NCBI GenBank assembly: GCA_918797485.1
Contig: CAKKNE010000006.1
Location: 3,348,001-3,412,000 of the forward strand
From: Pelagomonas calceolata
Taxonomy: Eukaryota
Reading direction: 5' to 3'
DNA: 64,000 nucleotides
Made by a program: the position numbers and the translations under genes. Below the pieces are notes generated by a model. It saw only the letters and a list, made by a program, of their open reading frames with translations, was not told the origin of the DNA and ran no database searches. Of the stretch, positions 11,966 to 23,327 are shown piece by piece (the first letter of the stretch is position 1; the number at the start of each line of letters is the position of its first letter).

Positions 11966-12262
11966 GGATGCCTAGCAAGCAAGCATGCGCCTCCCGAAGC
12001 TTCGTAAAACGATTAAGATTATCCCGTTTTGAACCATTTGCATGACTCTGCACACCGTTCTGTTTTTCGTAAGCAACCCGCACCAAAAAAAAGAGATCCC
12101 AAAATTTAATGCGCTGCGCGACGGCAGCCGCCCTCGACGCGAAACCGCCTCCACGCACCGCCGGGCAGCCAAGAATCACTCGGGCGCGTCCACTGCTTGC
12201 AGCCGGGCAGCCCTACCGATTGACCGGTGAGCTCCCACGCCATCTAACACACACCCGGTACC

Positions 12263-14396
12263 ATGAACGAAGCGCGCCGCCAGGCGGCCCGGCCCGGTGA
12301 TTTTGGAGGCGGCCCTGATGGCGGCCGCAAGCTGCCCAACGAGGTCAAGGCCATGGCGCGGCAGATGGGCATCAGTGCCAAAGAATTAAGTGAGGTCGGC
12401 GACACGATGTGGGCTCGTCTCACGGAACTGTCCGAGAAAGATCCAGTCGCGTACGCCGAGCTCATGAAGGAATCCGCCAAACACGTCGCGAAGAACGCCG
12501 GGGAAGAGCTCGCCGAGGAGCCGGACGACGCCAAGGCCAACGAGTTGATGAACCGCGTCCTCAGTCCTTCCGTGTTGACGCCTGTTCCTGGGTTTGTCGT
12601 CAAGTGTCAGCTTAAGTATGGAGGTGGCAAGGTCATGGTCAATATCTGTTCGCATCAAGCCGTCGTGCCGCCGAACGATCAACGAGGCAAGGACGCTACT
12701 AAATACAAGGCAGGAATTTCGCCTAGAGGGCTGCAGATCCCGCTGGTCGTCGGTCGCGTGCGTTCGTGCGCGGTGGCCGGCAAGGCGTCGAACACGGTGG
12801 CCGAGGGCAAGGCCGTCGATGTCTTGGTGCACCCGTGGGTCATGGACCAGATCAACGGAGAGGGTCCGCGCGGCGGCCCCTGGCGCGCGGAGATCGCGGC
12901 GCTCGCGGTCAGCTGGGTCGCGAAGGAGACGAAATTACCTCTGGATTCAGGATGGAAGCACATCAACTCCAAGTATAAAGGAGGGTTAGGGAAGAAGAGC
13001 GACGAGCCGGTACCTTTTGATATCGAAGAAGCGCAGCAGCAATCGAAGCCGCCGGACGAGCGGAAGAAATCAGTGGAGAAGAAGATCGAGAAGCCCGAAG
13101 GTGTGGCGGCGTCGCCCGCGCAATTACTCAAGCGCGCGAGGGATCTGGCCTCGAAGGAAGAAAAGGAGAACCATGTGTCATTGAAACTGCCCACTCAAAA
13201 GAAATCATCGAAGAAGCCGCTCGTGCAAGAAGTAGACAAGGACGGCGCCGTCGTCGAGTGCACCGATGAGGGCTTCGACATCTCCGACGACATCGACAAG
13301 AGCGAGCGGAAGAAGAAGCCCGCCGTCAAGAAGGGCTTCTTGAGGACCGCAAAAGCGCGGAAGGCGGCCTTGTATCCTTCGGGATCGGAGCAGGGCGAGT
13401 CCCAGAAGGAAGGGACGTATTCTCGGTTCATGTCGAAATGCAAGGTCGTCGACACGACGACGATGTCCAAGGAGGAGGTCGACGCCGCGACGCGCCAGTA
13501 CGCCGGCACGGGCACGGTCTCGCAGCCGCCGCAGGTGCGTGAATCAGCGTCGTTGCGATGCCGCACCGCCGCGATGCCCTCTCCATGATCATCAGAGAGT
13601 CTACACGTCTCGTGAGTGAATGGAGACAGTTTCGCGACACCATCGTTCGACACAGGCACCTCCGCTGCCGTCGAAGAATACGACGGCGAAGCCGCCCGCG
13701 CCACCCTCCAAAGCCTTCGACGGGGCCAAGAAGGGCTTCCTCAACTCCAGCAAAAGTAGCCTGTACGACGAGAATGAGTCGAAAAAACGTACTCCGGAGT
13801 ACGAGCCCGAGTTCGACGCCGCGATGGCCGAGCTCGACCCCGAGTTCTCGAACGCCCACAAGAATGAAGATGTCGGGAACGACGAGGACGACACGATCGC
13901 GCAGCTGCGCGACTTCGCGGCGAAGGTCGACTGGGCGTCGTCGGACTTTTCGAAGCCGCTTCATCCCGCGAGGGACTCCACGAAGCACGACCACTCGCAG
14001 CGCCCGAAGCCGGCCGTGGAGACCGAGGTCAAAAAAGCGCCCGGTTCGCGAAAGCAGGACCCCGGCGAATTGCAGCGAGGCTTCATGGCCCGCGACGCGG
14101 AACGGAGCGCCGCGAAGGCGGCCGTGCGGGCCGCCAGGGCCGAGACCTTTTCCTGTAAAGTGGATCGCACCGACGACGGCCGCGTCCGCGTCGTCGCGGA
14201 TTTGTCCGGTGTGGCCAGCTTCGCGGACGTCGACCTCGACGTCGCGGCGAAGACGCTGCGCGTGCGCGAGAAATGTGGGCGAAGGCGCGCTGCACGTGTG
14301 GAGCTCCCGTGCGATGTCGACGCCGCATCAGCTTCGGCGAAGTTCTCGAAGAAGCGGGGGCAGCTCACGGTTGTGTTGAGTCCGTCGGCAGACTAA
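12263..14396 (+). CDS. PIH1-domain protein with C-terminal CS-like domain (~670 aa)
   Basis: PVPGFVVKC...KVMVNICSH...IPLVVG PIH1-N signature; C-terminal ASAKFSKKRGQLTVVL; GT-AG intron 13535-13655 joins the two ORFs in frame. Confidence 0.8.
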
Positions 14397-14441
14397 GATT
14401 AGCGAATCATACAGCACTTACAGGGGCGAGGAAGGGAGGGA

Positions 14442-14978
14442 CTAGTACTGCACGCAGATCCGAGCACCGGGCTCCGTCCGCGGCGGCACGCGCACGTTCA
14501 GGACGATGTTCTCCGGCGTCGTCGTCTGGAGCGTGTCGCCGACACGGACGCCGGGAGGCACGACGACGAAGACCCGCCGGTTGCGGCGGCGCGCGACGCC
14601 GTCGGGCTGGACGGTGACGACCTGGGCCCGGTCGCACGGCGAGAAGCAGGGAATCAGCGCGCACGGCGGGAAGACCGTGAAGAGGAGGCACGACGCCAGG
14701 AAACTGACGGGCCCGTAGTACTGGGATTCCACGACCGCGACGCGGCCGGCCGGCGGGCCGGGGCGCACGAGCAGCGCGCCCTGTTCTTCCTCGCGCTGGA
14801 GCCGCTGCGCGAGGACCGCGTCGCTCTCGATGGTTGCGGCCGCGAGCGGCTCGATGGTCTCCGCGACGCTCTCGGCGATGGGCACGGTCTCGTCCGCGAC
14901 GACGACGTCGGCTACGGGGAGTTGGGCGTCGTCCGCGCCGCCGTCGACCGGCTTCGCTGGGGCCGTGGGTGGGGCCAT
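14442..14978 (-). CDS. Small hypothetical protein with Cys-rich hydrophobic segment and VPPG-repeat module
   Basis: ATG at 14978 in the 406-aa ORF frame; YYGPVSFLASCLLFTVFPPCALIPCFSPCD followed by VVVPPGVRVGD...VRVPP. Confidence 0.55.
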   Translation of the reverse strand: MAPPTAPAKPVDGGADDAQLPVADVVVADETVPIAESVAETIEPLAAATIESDAVLAQRLQREEEQGALLVRPGPPAGRVAVVESQYYGPVSFLASCLLFTVFPPCALIPCFSPCDRAQVVTVQPDGVARRRNRRVFVVVPPGVRVGDTLQTTTPENIVLNVRVPPRTEPGARICVQY

Positions 14979-15434
14979 TTTCGCTCGCTCGCAAAGAAGT
15001 TGCTGGCGCTGGCAGAGGCCAGATGAGCAACGAACCTCGCCTCGCGCCGCGGGCAAAAGATTTACGCGCCTGGCTAGAGGGCGTCGAACAGGTACCCTAC
15101 ACGCTGCGGTGAGCCAATATGCGCTCCGCTGCGAGCTGTCGAGCCGGCGCTGCGTAAAGCTTGTTCTTCCTAGTGTGTCGAAGACGCTAGGTAGGGCAAA
15201 TTTCAAGTGACAAAAAACGACTGACACTGCCTCCAGAATTGGTTTCCGCGTGATATTTGACGCATTGGCTTCAGCTGCTTGCAATCTGAACGCTGCGTGA
15301 GTGCCGTGCCGTGCAGCAGTGCACCCATCAATAGGCTGCCACTGCCACAGTGTTGCTGCACAGCACAAGCGAGCGGCGCTGCAAAATAAGCTCAGCAGAG
15401 TATCCTCGCACACTGCACAAATCAACGAGTAGAA

Positions 15435-16082
15435 ATGCGCAAGTTCGCTCTCGCGTTCGCTTGCGCGGCGAGCAGCCTGCAGACTGCGCCGCGACGCTGC
15501 TACAAGGCACGGCGGCGCCACGCGACGCCCGACGACGACGACAACACAAAGTGGAGCGTCGACGTCGACGAGTTCGCGGAGCGCATCGAGTCCGCCAAAG
15601 CCGCGGTTGTTGGTGGTCTCGCCGCGTCGGTCGCGGCTTCGCCGGCGGAGTTCCTCACGCATACGAACAACATCGCCCAGTTCGAGTTCGACGTCGACCA
15701 GATCTCGATCGCGGGCGCGCTCTTCGGACTCGTGTTCCGGTCTGTGTGGATATCAAATTTCAGGCGCCCCACGCCATCGAATAACCTAGCTCACGGTTGA
15801 TTTCCACACAGGTTCCGCTACGCGGTGCGGCGCGACAACAATCCACAGCTGCGCCAGGGCGTCGTCGGCGCTTTTACAATTACGCGCGCGGTGGCCACGG
15901 TGCGCGTGAGCGACGAGTGCCTCGCGGTGCCGCTGCGCTGCGGCCCGCCGCTGTCGTACCTCGACTACGCCATGCTCGGCCAGCTCGTTTCGGGCCTGCT
16001 CGTCTCGGGCGTCGCGTTCGCGGCCGCGGCCGCCGCAGTTGATGCGGGCGTCGACCGGGGGTGGCTTAAGAGGTTTCCTTAG
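15435..16082 (+). CDS. Probable plastid-targeted membrane protein (~189 aa)
   Basis: Signal peptide plus transit-like N-terminus; removing introner intron 15734-15811 gives LFGLVFRYAVRRDNNPQLRQGVVGAF; several TM segments. Confidence 0.75.
15742..15811. mobile_element. Introner/MITE copy 8 (70 bp)
   Basis: TIRs ctgtgtggatatcaa / ttgatttccacacag; TSD gttccggt / gttccgct (7/8). Confidence 0.92.
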
Positions 16083-16083
16083 T

Positions 16084-17307
16084 TCAATTTACTCCTTGGT
16101 CGACAAAAAGCCCCACAAGCGATTCCTCGTCCGACGTGTCGCCCTCGTCGAAGTCGCCATCCGAGTCATCACTAGAATCGCCCTCGGGGGTCATGCCAGG
16201 CGGGTAGCCGCGGCCCCAGGCTGAGCCACGGCAGAGGACGGTCTCCAGATGCCTCCTCTGTTCGTCGGGCAGCTTTAAGGGCGCCTCGGCCCCAAAGTTG
16301 ACCGTGACGCTCAGCGCGGGCGAGTCCATGCCGACGACGGCGTAGAGCGGCCCCGCGCCGTCGATGAGATAGGCGACGCCCAAAGGCTGCGGCGCCTTGT
16401 CGCGCCTCGTCAGCACGAAGTAGACCGCAAGTAAGTTCTCGTCGTTCGCTCTACACAGCCCGCAGCCGACCACATCCCCGGCGCCAAACCTAGGCCCGTA
16501 GCGCACGCCCGAGACCCCGCTGCCGTGGTAGGCATTGCCATCGTCGCCGTGGTAGGCCCACGACGACCGCGTCCAGCCGGGCTGCTTGCCGCGCAACTTA
16601 AAAGCGCGCTGGCAGACCCCGACGGCCACGCAGGGCGTTACGCCGGGGACCCGGGTCCTGCCGCTCGCGATCGAGACCTCGAAGTAGGCGCCGCCCACGC
16701 AGGCCCAGCCGTTGTTGTGCGGCACGACGAGGCCTGCGCCGCGCGGGGCGCGCACGTCGAAGGGCGCGTCGCTCCGCACGCAGACGTCGTAACCCGTGCC
16801 GTCTAAAGCAGTGAGGTACTCGCAGGCCGTCTGGCCGAGCGGTGACAGGTCCCGCGTTTGAGGTCTGTCGTCGCGGCGCCCTGTTGATAGGGCGCGCGGC
16901 GGCGGCGGCGGGCGCATCGACCGCGGCCAGGACTTCGGAAAGGACGCCCGGAGCCACGGCGCGAGGCTGCGGCCGGCAACATCCCAGTTCGCGGGAAAGG
17001 GCCGCGCGCAGTCGTGCCGCTGGAACGCGGCCCTTCCCAGCGCGCTCCAGAGCGACGGCGCCTGGCAGGCCCGCAGCAGGCGCTTGGCGGACGCCGCCGC
17101 TCGCACGACGCTCGCGCTCGTCGTGAACGCCAGGGTGTGTTGCAGGATCGCGTCCGGCAATGCTTCGAGGAAGCACGGTTGTGCCTCGTCTTCTTCGACC
17201 GTCGCGGGCGAGTTCACGTCGTCGAGGCTCTCGTCGTCCGAGGAGGCGAACCTAGTGTGCGTGGCGCCCTCGGCCGTGATAGTGGTGTGGGCCCTGCCGC
17301 GAGACAT
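16084..17307 (-). CDS. F-box + SPRY domain protein
   Basis: LEALPDAILQHTLAF F-box-like segment; YFEV...VAVGV...PGW...SWAYHGDDG...YGPRFGAGDVVGCG SPRY signature. Confidence 0.82.
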   Translation of the reverse strand: MSRGRAHTTITAEGATHTRFASSDDESLDDVNSPATVEEDEAQPCFLEALPDAILQHTLAFTTSASVVRAAASAKRLLRACQAPSLWSALGRAAFQRHDCARPFPANWDVAGRSLAPWLRASFPKSWPRSMRPPPPPRALSTGRRDDRPQTRDLSPLGQTACEYLTALDGTGYDVCVRSDAPFDVRAPRGAGLVVPHNNGWACVGGAYFEVSIASGRTRVPGVTPCVAVGVCQRAFKLRGKQPGWTRSSWAYHGDDGNAYHGSGVSGVRYGPRFGAGDVVGCGLCRANDENLLAVYFVLTRRDKAPQPLGVAYLIDGAGPLYAVVGMDSPALSVTVNFGAEAPLKLPDEQRRHLETVLCRGSAWGRGYPPGMTPEGDSSDDSDGDFDEGDTSDEESLVGLFVDQGVN

Positions 17308-17486
17308 CGAGGCGAAGTGAGGCCTCAGGTGCTGCACACAGAGCTGTGTGCCTCCGTTCGCCTCTCGTTCTCGTCGCTTCTGCAAGCTGTTAAAAATAGC
17401 AACAGCAGTGAGCCGGCAATCGTCTGGCACCAACTCCCCAGCAATGCCGGAAAAAAGCGGTCCTGAAAAGCGTGAACCAAAACGCT

Positions 17487-17509
17487 GCTAGCGGCCCGTA
17501 AGACACTAG
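17487..17509 (+). promoter_or_regulatory. Recurrent intergenic motif, copy 2
   Basis: GCTAGCGGCCCGTAAGACACTAG, 22/23 identical to copy 1; 180 bp upstream of the F-box gene ATG. Confidence 0.5.
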
Positions 17510-19164
17510 CCAGCAAACCCGGAACGCGCATGCAGCTGTTTGAGTATCCTTCAGTTCGCCACTGGTCCAATGAGATCAATGGGACACGTACTGGGGGCCG
17601 AAAAATATGTTTATTGAATTCGCGCCGACGATGCCGCAATGGTCCAAAGCGGCCGCGCCGGTGGAATCCTGTCAATCCCTGCCCCAGAGGTCTCCCTGGG
17701 ATTGCTTAGGGTCGGGGCTATACACGGTTAGTCGCCTACACCGCATGCGCCGCCGCTTCCAGCATATTTGGCCAATTCTCTCAACATGGCAACCCATTAA
17801 AGCATGAATTACTTGGCAATGGCTTCCAGGGCCCTCGGTGGGCCCAAGCGCCGGCGTATGCGGCGCAAGCGACTACCCACTACCAGACCTACCCCGAGAG
17901 ACCTCCAGGAGCCGATCTGCCCCCGAAAAAAGTGTGCAATTTGGACCCGATGGCACCTAGTTCCCGTCAAAAACGCCAATCACCCGAGGGCCCCCAGTAG
18001 TCGCCGTAGCGGTCTCGTCGGCCCCCATACTACCCCACCGATAGTCAATTACGAGTATATGACATCTACATTATAAGAAGGGTACTTTTGGCTGCCCATG
18101 CTCGGGACGTGAACATCTTGATCTGGACCGCGCGCAAGTCGGTCGGTCATAAAACAAATGATCGCGTCATGGTCCATGGTAATGGTACACGGGCTGATGG
18201 CCGCAGGTCCAGGTTTGGTGCCCCATTTGTAGAAGATGGTGGGCTCGCTAGACCGACGACCCGCGCCGAGCATCTTGGGGTCTCGGAGCAATGTAGTACA
18301 CACACAGGCCAATTATCTGGCCCTTCCTAGGACCGAAGCGTCTGAAACGCAAATTTATTTTATAAACCACCGGTCTGGGGCCAATTCAGTGCCCCGCGTA
18401 CGCACCGTCGTCCGCGGAGAACGGGCAAGTCGGTCGATTGTGAATAGAACAACGGCGTTATGGTCTATCTGGATAGTGTCGTCGCTGATACTCGCAGGCT
18501 TAGGAACTGGGCTCTGCTTTATGTGAACGCGGGGTCGCGAATTCGACGAATCGCGAGGCCCTAACGGAATATCTAAAATAGCTCAGTGGCCGCTGATTCG
18601 GCCTAGATGGACTCTACCACTAACAAACGGATAGAAACGAACATAAACGCGAGAGTTGTCTAGTAGAATTCTTTTCCCGCCCTCCGAGCGCGGGCCGTCG
18701 GCTCCGGTTCCGTCGATTGTGCATGAAAACTGGGCTGGAGTTGATATGATGTATCAATTGGACGGTAGATGGCGGCGTCAATCGCTGGTGTATTTTGGCG
18801 AGCCGTAAGACTCATTCGTGAATGTCGCGGGCGGTGCCTTCCGGGAGGCGCGAGGGTATGTTCCCGGGCCGCTACACTGAAATATTTGGTCGCAGCGAAC
18901 GAACAGGATGTTTTCTGAATTTGGATCATTCTCTTGACGCTATCGCGGCGTATCTTTGAATTTACTAGTATGTTGATTACGCTAGCTCTGGTTTCTTGTG
19001 TCATTGCTGCCGGCTAGCCCACGATTTCCTATCTCGAGATAGAATGCGTGCGTGCGGTCTTCGGAAAGTACGACAACGAACGGTAGAAGGAGGTACAAGG
19101 CAAGCAGGTTACGCAGGGCGCGCGGGATGGGACTCGGGAGCGCGCGGGCGGACCAGGATGGCAT

Positions 19165-19761
19165 TTAGACCTCATCCTGGTCGAAGTCGTAGGCCGGGCC
19201 GATCATGGGCGTCCGGCGGCGGCGCTGCTGTGGCTGCTCGTAGCCGAGGAGGTGGCTGCGGCCCCCACGCGCGCTTCGAAACTCCTCCTCGAAGCGGTCC
19301 AGGGCTTGCGGGTCGGCGTCCATGTTCTCGATCGTGTCGAGGGTCCGCTCGTCGCCGTGCTCGTCTCTTTCTTTCAACACCGTTCTAGCTCTATCCCCGA
19401 TGCGGCGGCGGCAGCTCAGCGTCTCGCGGTCGCGGTCGCGATTGTGCTCGCGGCGCTCGCCGACGACAGGGCCGGCCCCGTGCCTTTGAGCCGTCTCCGT
19501 GACCGTGCGCGACCGGCCGTCGGCCGAGACTGTGGTCGACGAGCTCATCATCGTGAAGCTCGAGTTCCCGCCGCCGCCCATGCGGCCGAAGTCCTCACCG
19601 AAGCCTCCTCCCAAAAGACTGCCGCCGCCCATCATCTGCCCCAGCAGACTCCCGCCGAAGGGGTCGCGGCGCCGGCCACCCTCACGAGAGGCGCTGCCCC
19701 CACCGGTGAAGAACGGGTCGTCGAAGGGGTCGCCGCCGCCGAAGGGGTCGCCGCCGAACAT
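19165..19761 (-). CDS. Myeloid leukemia factor (MLF)-like protein
   Basis: FGGDPF/DDPFF N-terminus, SSFTMMSSST, RRIGDRARTVLKER...NM...FEEEF pattern typical of the MLF family. Confidence 0.7.
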   Translation of the reverse strand: MFGGDPFGGGDPFDDPFFTGGGSASREGGRRRDPFGGSLLGQMMGGGSLLGGGFGEDFGRMGGGGNSSFTMMSSSTTVSADGRSRTVTETAQRHGAGPVVGERREHNRDRDRETLSCRRRIGDRARTVLKERDEHGDERTLDTIENMDADPQALDRFEEEFRSARGGRSHLLGYEQPQQRRRRTPMIGPAYDFDQDEV

Positions 19762-20042
19762 CGTGAGGCTGCCCCACGCTGCGGGCGCGGGGCGTACGCT
19801 GCCCTGACGCGCAGGCTTCGTGCAGGCTTCGTGAGCCGAGCAACGAGCGGTCTAGTAAGTTAAAAAAGCTAGAGTGTTTCATTACTTTAGCTCCTCCAGG
19901 CCCCAAATCGCGCGTGGCTGTGTAAGGCTGCGTACAGATCACCAAAATCGCTGGTGGAACTGTGCCTGACCCCAGCGCGCAGCGAATCACCGCCAGAAAT
20001 CCATCAATCAACCAGCAGGGAGGTCAGGGAGCATTGGATAAG

Positions 20043-21986
20043 ATGTCCGCCCAAATGCAGCAGCACAAAGCACACGTGCGCAAGACCATGCGCCAAGCGT
20101 CCAGCGAAAACACCTTCGCGCTCGAGGAGCTCGCAGACGAGCTCAAGGACGCCAAAAACTGCCTCACGCGAGCGAAGCGGCCGCACGTCAAGGCGCTGCT
20201 CGCGGCGCAGATTAGATATGCGGCGGCCGAGGAGCTCCGGTTATTATCGGGCGACGACGCGCCGGCGAGCGTTCCAAACGACCGCATGGCGTTCAGTGCG
20301 GACGCGGAGAATCTCGCGGCGGACCTGGCCGAGGCCAAGACGTTGTTAGCGAGGGCCAAACGACAAGAAACCAAGAGTCGGTTAGTAGCCTACGTGCGCG
20401 CCGCGACCGCCCGGGAAGTGGAGGTGCTCGCGGCGCAGAATACGCCCAAGGCCGAGCCGTCCAAGGAGCACGAGCCGCAAGACGACGCCCCCAAGGCCGA
20501 GGCCGCGGGCTACGTCGAGCGCGAACCGTCGCCAGAAGACGCGCGGGCGCTCCACGCCCTCGCGGCGGACGTGGGCGTCAAGGCGCCGCCGAAGAAGCTG
20601 CCTCCCTCAAAAGGTGTGGTCGTGTCGGCGCCCGTCGAAGCGAGAAAAGCGCCGCCCGCGGCGGCGCCGCGCTTCGACCGCAGCGGGGCCGAGGCGCCGC
20701 CGCCGCTCGGCGCGGGTGCCGACGTGCCGGACCGGGTCGCGTCGATCTGGGAGAAGGCGAAGCAGGACACGCTCGCCGACGAGATGGAGGCTGCTGCCGC
20801 CGCTGACCGCGCCGCGGCCGAAGCGCCAGCGCCGGCGCCGCCCAGGAGGAAGGCGGACCCGCCGCGGTCGCGCGCCTTCGACGGCTGCAAGAAGGGCTTT
20901 TTAGGTGGTTCTGCGCCGGCGAAGAAAGTTACAGAGCCGCCGCCGCCGCCGCCGGTGCCGACGAAGAAGCCGTCGGCGAGCCTCTCGGACTTCGCGCGCA
21001 AGCTGCCGCCCGCGAAGGACCCGCAGATGCACCACCGCCGCGCGGCGGCCTACGAGCGGCACCGCGAGCGCGAGGCCGCGGAGAAGGCAAAGCGCGAGGC
21101 CGAGGCCGAGGCCAAGACCGCGCGGGCCGCGAGCCAGGGCGCGGCGGAGGCCGCGGCCGTGCTCGAGAAGGCCGCCGCGGCCGCGTCGAAGGCCGCGGCG
21201 GCGGCGCCCGCCGCGCCGCCGAAGCCCCCGCCCGCGACCGGCAACGATCCGAAGGTCGACGCGCTCGCTTCTAAATTGAGAACCATGGGCAACAGCAAAC
21301 GCATGGACGAGGTGCCGAACTGCCCGCCACCACAACCAATCTCCGAGCCGGCGTCGACGGCGCCCCGCCCCCTCAAAGCGCGACCACCATCTACTACCGA
21401 AAAGACCTTCGTCGCCGTCACGGCGTTCGGCTGGGAGCAGGGCGATCGCAAGAGCCCCTGGGCGCGCGTCTCCGTGCCTTTGACCGGTGTCGCGCCGGAC
21501 CAAGTCACGTGCTCGTTCGGCGAGGACGCCTTCGACCTCCAGATACGAGGTTTAAGGGGAAAGGACTATCGGTTACGACGGAACGCTTTAGGTGGCAACA
21601 TCGATCCCGCGAAATCGTCCTACAGCGTGTCCGGCGGCCGCGTCGTCGTGAAGCTGCGCAAGGTTCCGCTCGAGGACGGTTCGTTTGTGGAATGGGAGGA
21701 GCTGAGCTGCCCCGGCGGCGACCGCGAGAAAGCCGTTGATAACGCGCCGCGCAAGCCCGGCGGCGAGCCCTACGACATCGCGCGCAAGCTCTACGAGACG
21801 GGCAACCCTATAATCAGAGAGAAGATTGGGGCCGCGGCGACGCGGCACCGCGACCGCATCTTCGCGCAGGGCTGCGACAGCCCCCTCGAGGATGTTTTGA
21901 AAGAGCACGGCGGCAAGCTCGAGGAGATCCTGCGACGGAACAATCCTTTGAAAGAGAAGCTGTTCGACTCGGGGCTCGGCGAGTAA
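20043..21986 (+). CDS. Calcyclin-binding protein (CacyBP/SIP)-like protein with CS domain
   Basis: Two N-terminal L..DL.EAK.LL.RAKR helical repeats, Pro/Ala linker, CS domain (FGWEQ...CSFGEDAFDLQI...VVVKLRK), SGS-like RKLYETGNPIIREKIG. Confidence 0.7.
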   Translation: MSAQMQQHKAHVRKTMRQASSENTFALEELADELKDAKNCLTRAKRPHVKALLAAQIRYAAAEELRLLSGDDAPASVPNDRMAFSADAENLAADLAEAKTLLARAKRQETKSRLVAYVRAATAREVEVLAAQNTPKAEPSKEHEPQDDAPKAEAAGYVEREPSPEDARALHALAADVGVKAPPKKLPPSKGVVVSAPVEARKAPPAAAPRFDRSGAEAPPPLGAGADVPDRVASIWEKAKQDTLADEMEAAAAADRAAAEAPAPAPPRRKADPPRSRAFDGCKKGFLGGSAPAKKVTEPPPPPPVPTKKPSASLSDFARKLPPAKDPQMHHRRAAAYERHREREAAEKAKREAEAEAKTARAASQGAAEAAAVLEKAAAAASKAAAAAPAAPPKPPPATGNDPKVDALASKLRTMGNSKRMDEVPNCPPPQPISEPASTAPRPLKARPPSTTEKTFVAVTAFGWEQGDRKSPWARVSVPLTGVAPDQVTCSFGEDAFDLQIRGLRGKDYRLRRNALGGNIDPAKSSYSVSGGRVVVKLRKVPLEDGSFVEWEELSCPGGDREKAVDNAPRKPGGEPYDIARKLYETGNPIIREKIGAAATRHRDRIFAQGCDSPLEDVLKEHGGKLEEILRRNNPLKEKLFDSGLGE

Positions 21987-22348
21987 AATAGAATTGGTAG
22001 CATACTAATGTACCGCATGCGGTACATTAGTGAAACTCAAAAACCCGCCTCATAAGGCCGCGGCGTACCGGGTCCTCTCGATCTGCGGCGCCGCGCCGCG
22101 GATGGACGGGTCGGACGCGGAAGCCTTTGTTCGTGGTGGACGCTGTGGCACCCCGCCGGCGGGGCATGCCGCGGCGACGCGCTCGATGCGGAGTCGCTCG
22201 AACTCCGCGGCTGCGAGGGCGTTTGTGTTGTCGGCGCGGCGGCGATGCCTGCGCTCCCGCGGGTCAACCCGTCGCTGTCCTGCTACGCGATGGGCTGGCG
22301 CCTCGGGGAGCTCCTCGCCGCCGAATAAAATCGCACTCTTGTTAAAAT

Positions 22349-23107
22349 TTACCGTCGCCGATCGCAGGCCGGGGCCGCCTCCCACGGGAGGTGGTGGACC
22401 ACGCGCGAGTCCGCGGTCGCGCTGTCGACGCGGCAGCCGCCCCGCCCCCGCCCGGATGTCTGGGGCAGCTCCGCGTAGCGGCCCGACGCGACGATGGGCG
22501 CGAGGGCGCGCATCGCGTGGCGTTCAGCGTTACATTCCATCACGCCCGGCTGGGCGCAGACGGTCGTCGCGTTCGGCGGCAGCGCGAACTGGCCGCGCGG
22601 TAATGTCGCCGGGCGCCACGCCATGAAGTCCGTGTGGACACGGCTCGTGGTACGAGAAGGCGAGGACCGCCCGCAGAAGGCGAGGACCGCGTCGATGCCG
22701 TCGCGCGCCATGTGCGTGCGCAGGAAGCGGTCCTCGCTGACGATGACGTCCGGGTTGAGTCGTACGACCCAGTCGTAGCCGTCGAACCAGCCCCGCGCCT
22801 CGGCCTCGCTCAGCGCCAGGATGGCGCCCATCTGCTTCTTCGTCGAGCCCCGCGTAAAGGCCTTGCGATGCACCTGCCGCGTCGCCTCGGCGGAGAAGAT
22901 TTCCACGGAGCGATTATTGTAGCGCGGGAACGCCGCGGCGACGGCGGCGAGCTGCGCGGCGGTCGCCGGCCGTCCGCTGTTGAAGACGACGACGTCGGCG
23001 TCCCGGAGCAACCGCGCCCGCCGCGCCGCGGCCGGCCACAGGCACCTGAGACCCGACGTGTGCCACTCGCTCAGATGAGTCGTGACGTACAGGAGCGTTC
23101 GCAGCAT
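22349..23107 (-). CDS. Hypothetical protein, possibly glycosyltransferase-like
   Basis: Open frame with coding-like composition; YDWVVRLNPDVIV segment. Family not certain. Confidence 0.55.
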   Translation of the reverse strand: MLRTLLYVTTHLSEWHTSGLRCLWPAAARRARLLRDADVVVFNSGRPATAAQLAAVAAAFPRYNNRSVEIFSAEATRQVHRKAFTRGSTKKQMGAILALSEAEARGWFDGYDWVVRLNPDVIVSEDRFLRTHMARDGIDAVLAFCGRSSPSRTTSRVHTDFMAWRPATLPRGQFALPPNATTVCAQPGVMECNAERHAMRALAPIVASGRYAELPQTSGRGRGGCRVDSATADSRVVHHLPWEAAPACDRRR

Positions 23108-23193
23108 GGTACCGGTCACGGGCTGCCCGTCATCAGATGCTGCCCCGGCAAGTCCCTGCTGCTCCAAGGCAACATGCGAGTTAACGAAACGCA

Positions 23194-23216
23194 GCTAGCG
23201 GCCTGTAAGACACTAG
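23194..23216 (+). promoter_or_regulatory. Recurrent intergenic motif, copy 3
   Basis: Identical to copy 1; lies between divergent genes 23107(-) and 23328(+). Confidence 0.5.
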
Positions 23217-23327
23217 CCAGAGACGGGAAAGCAGCCCATGCGTCAAAAGACGTGCGCACCGCTGCCCGACGGCCGCGAATGGGCAGCAGCGATGACGCAT
23301 TGATGCGCAGAAACAGGCCGGAAGAGG

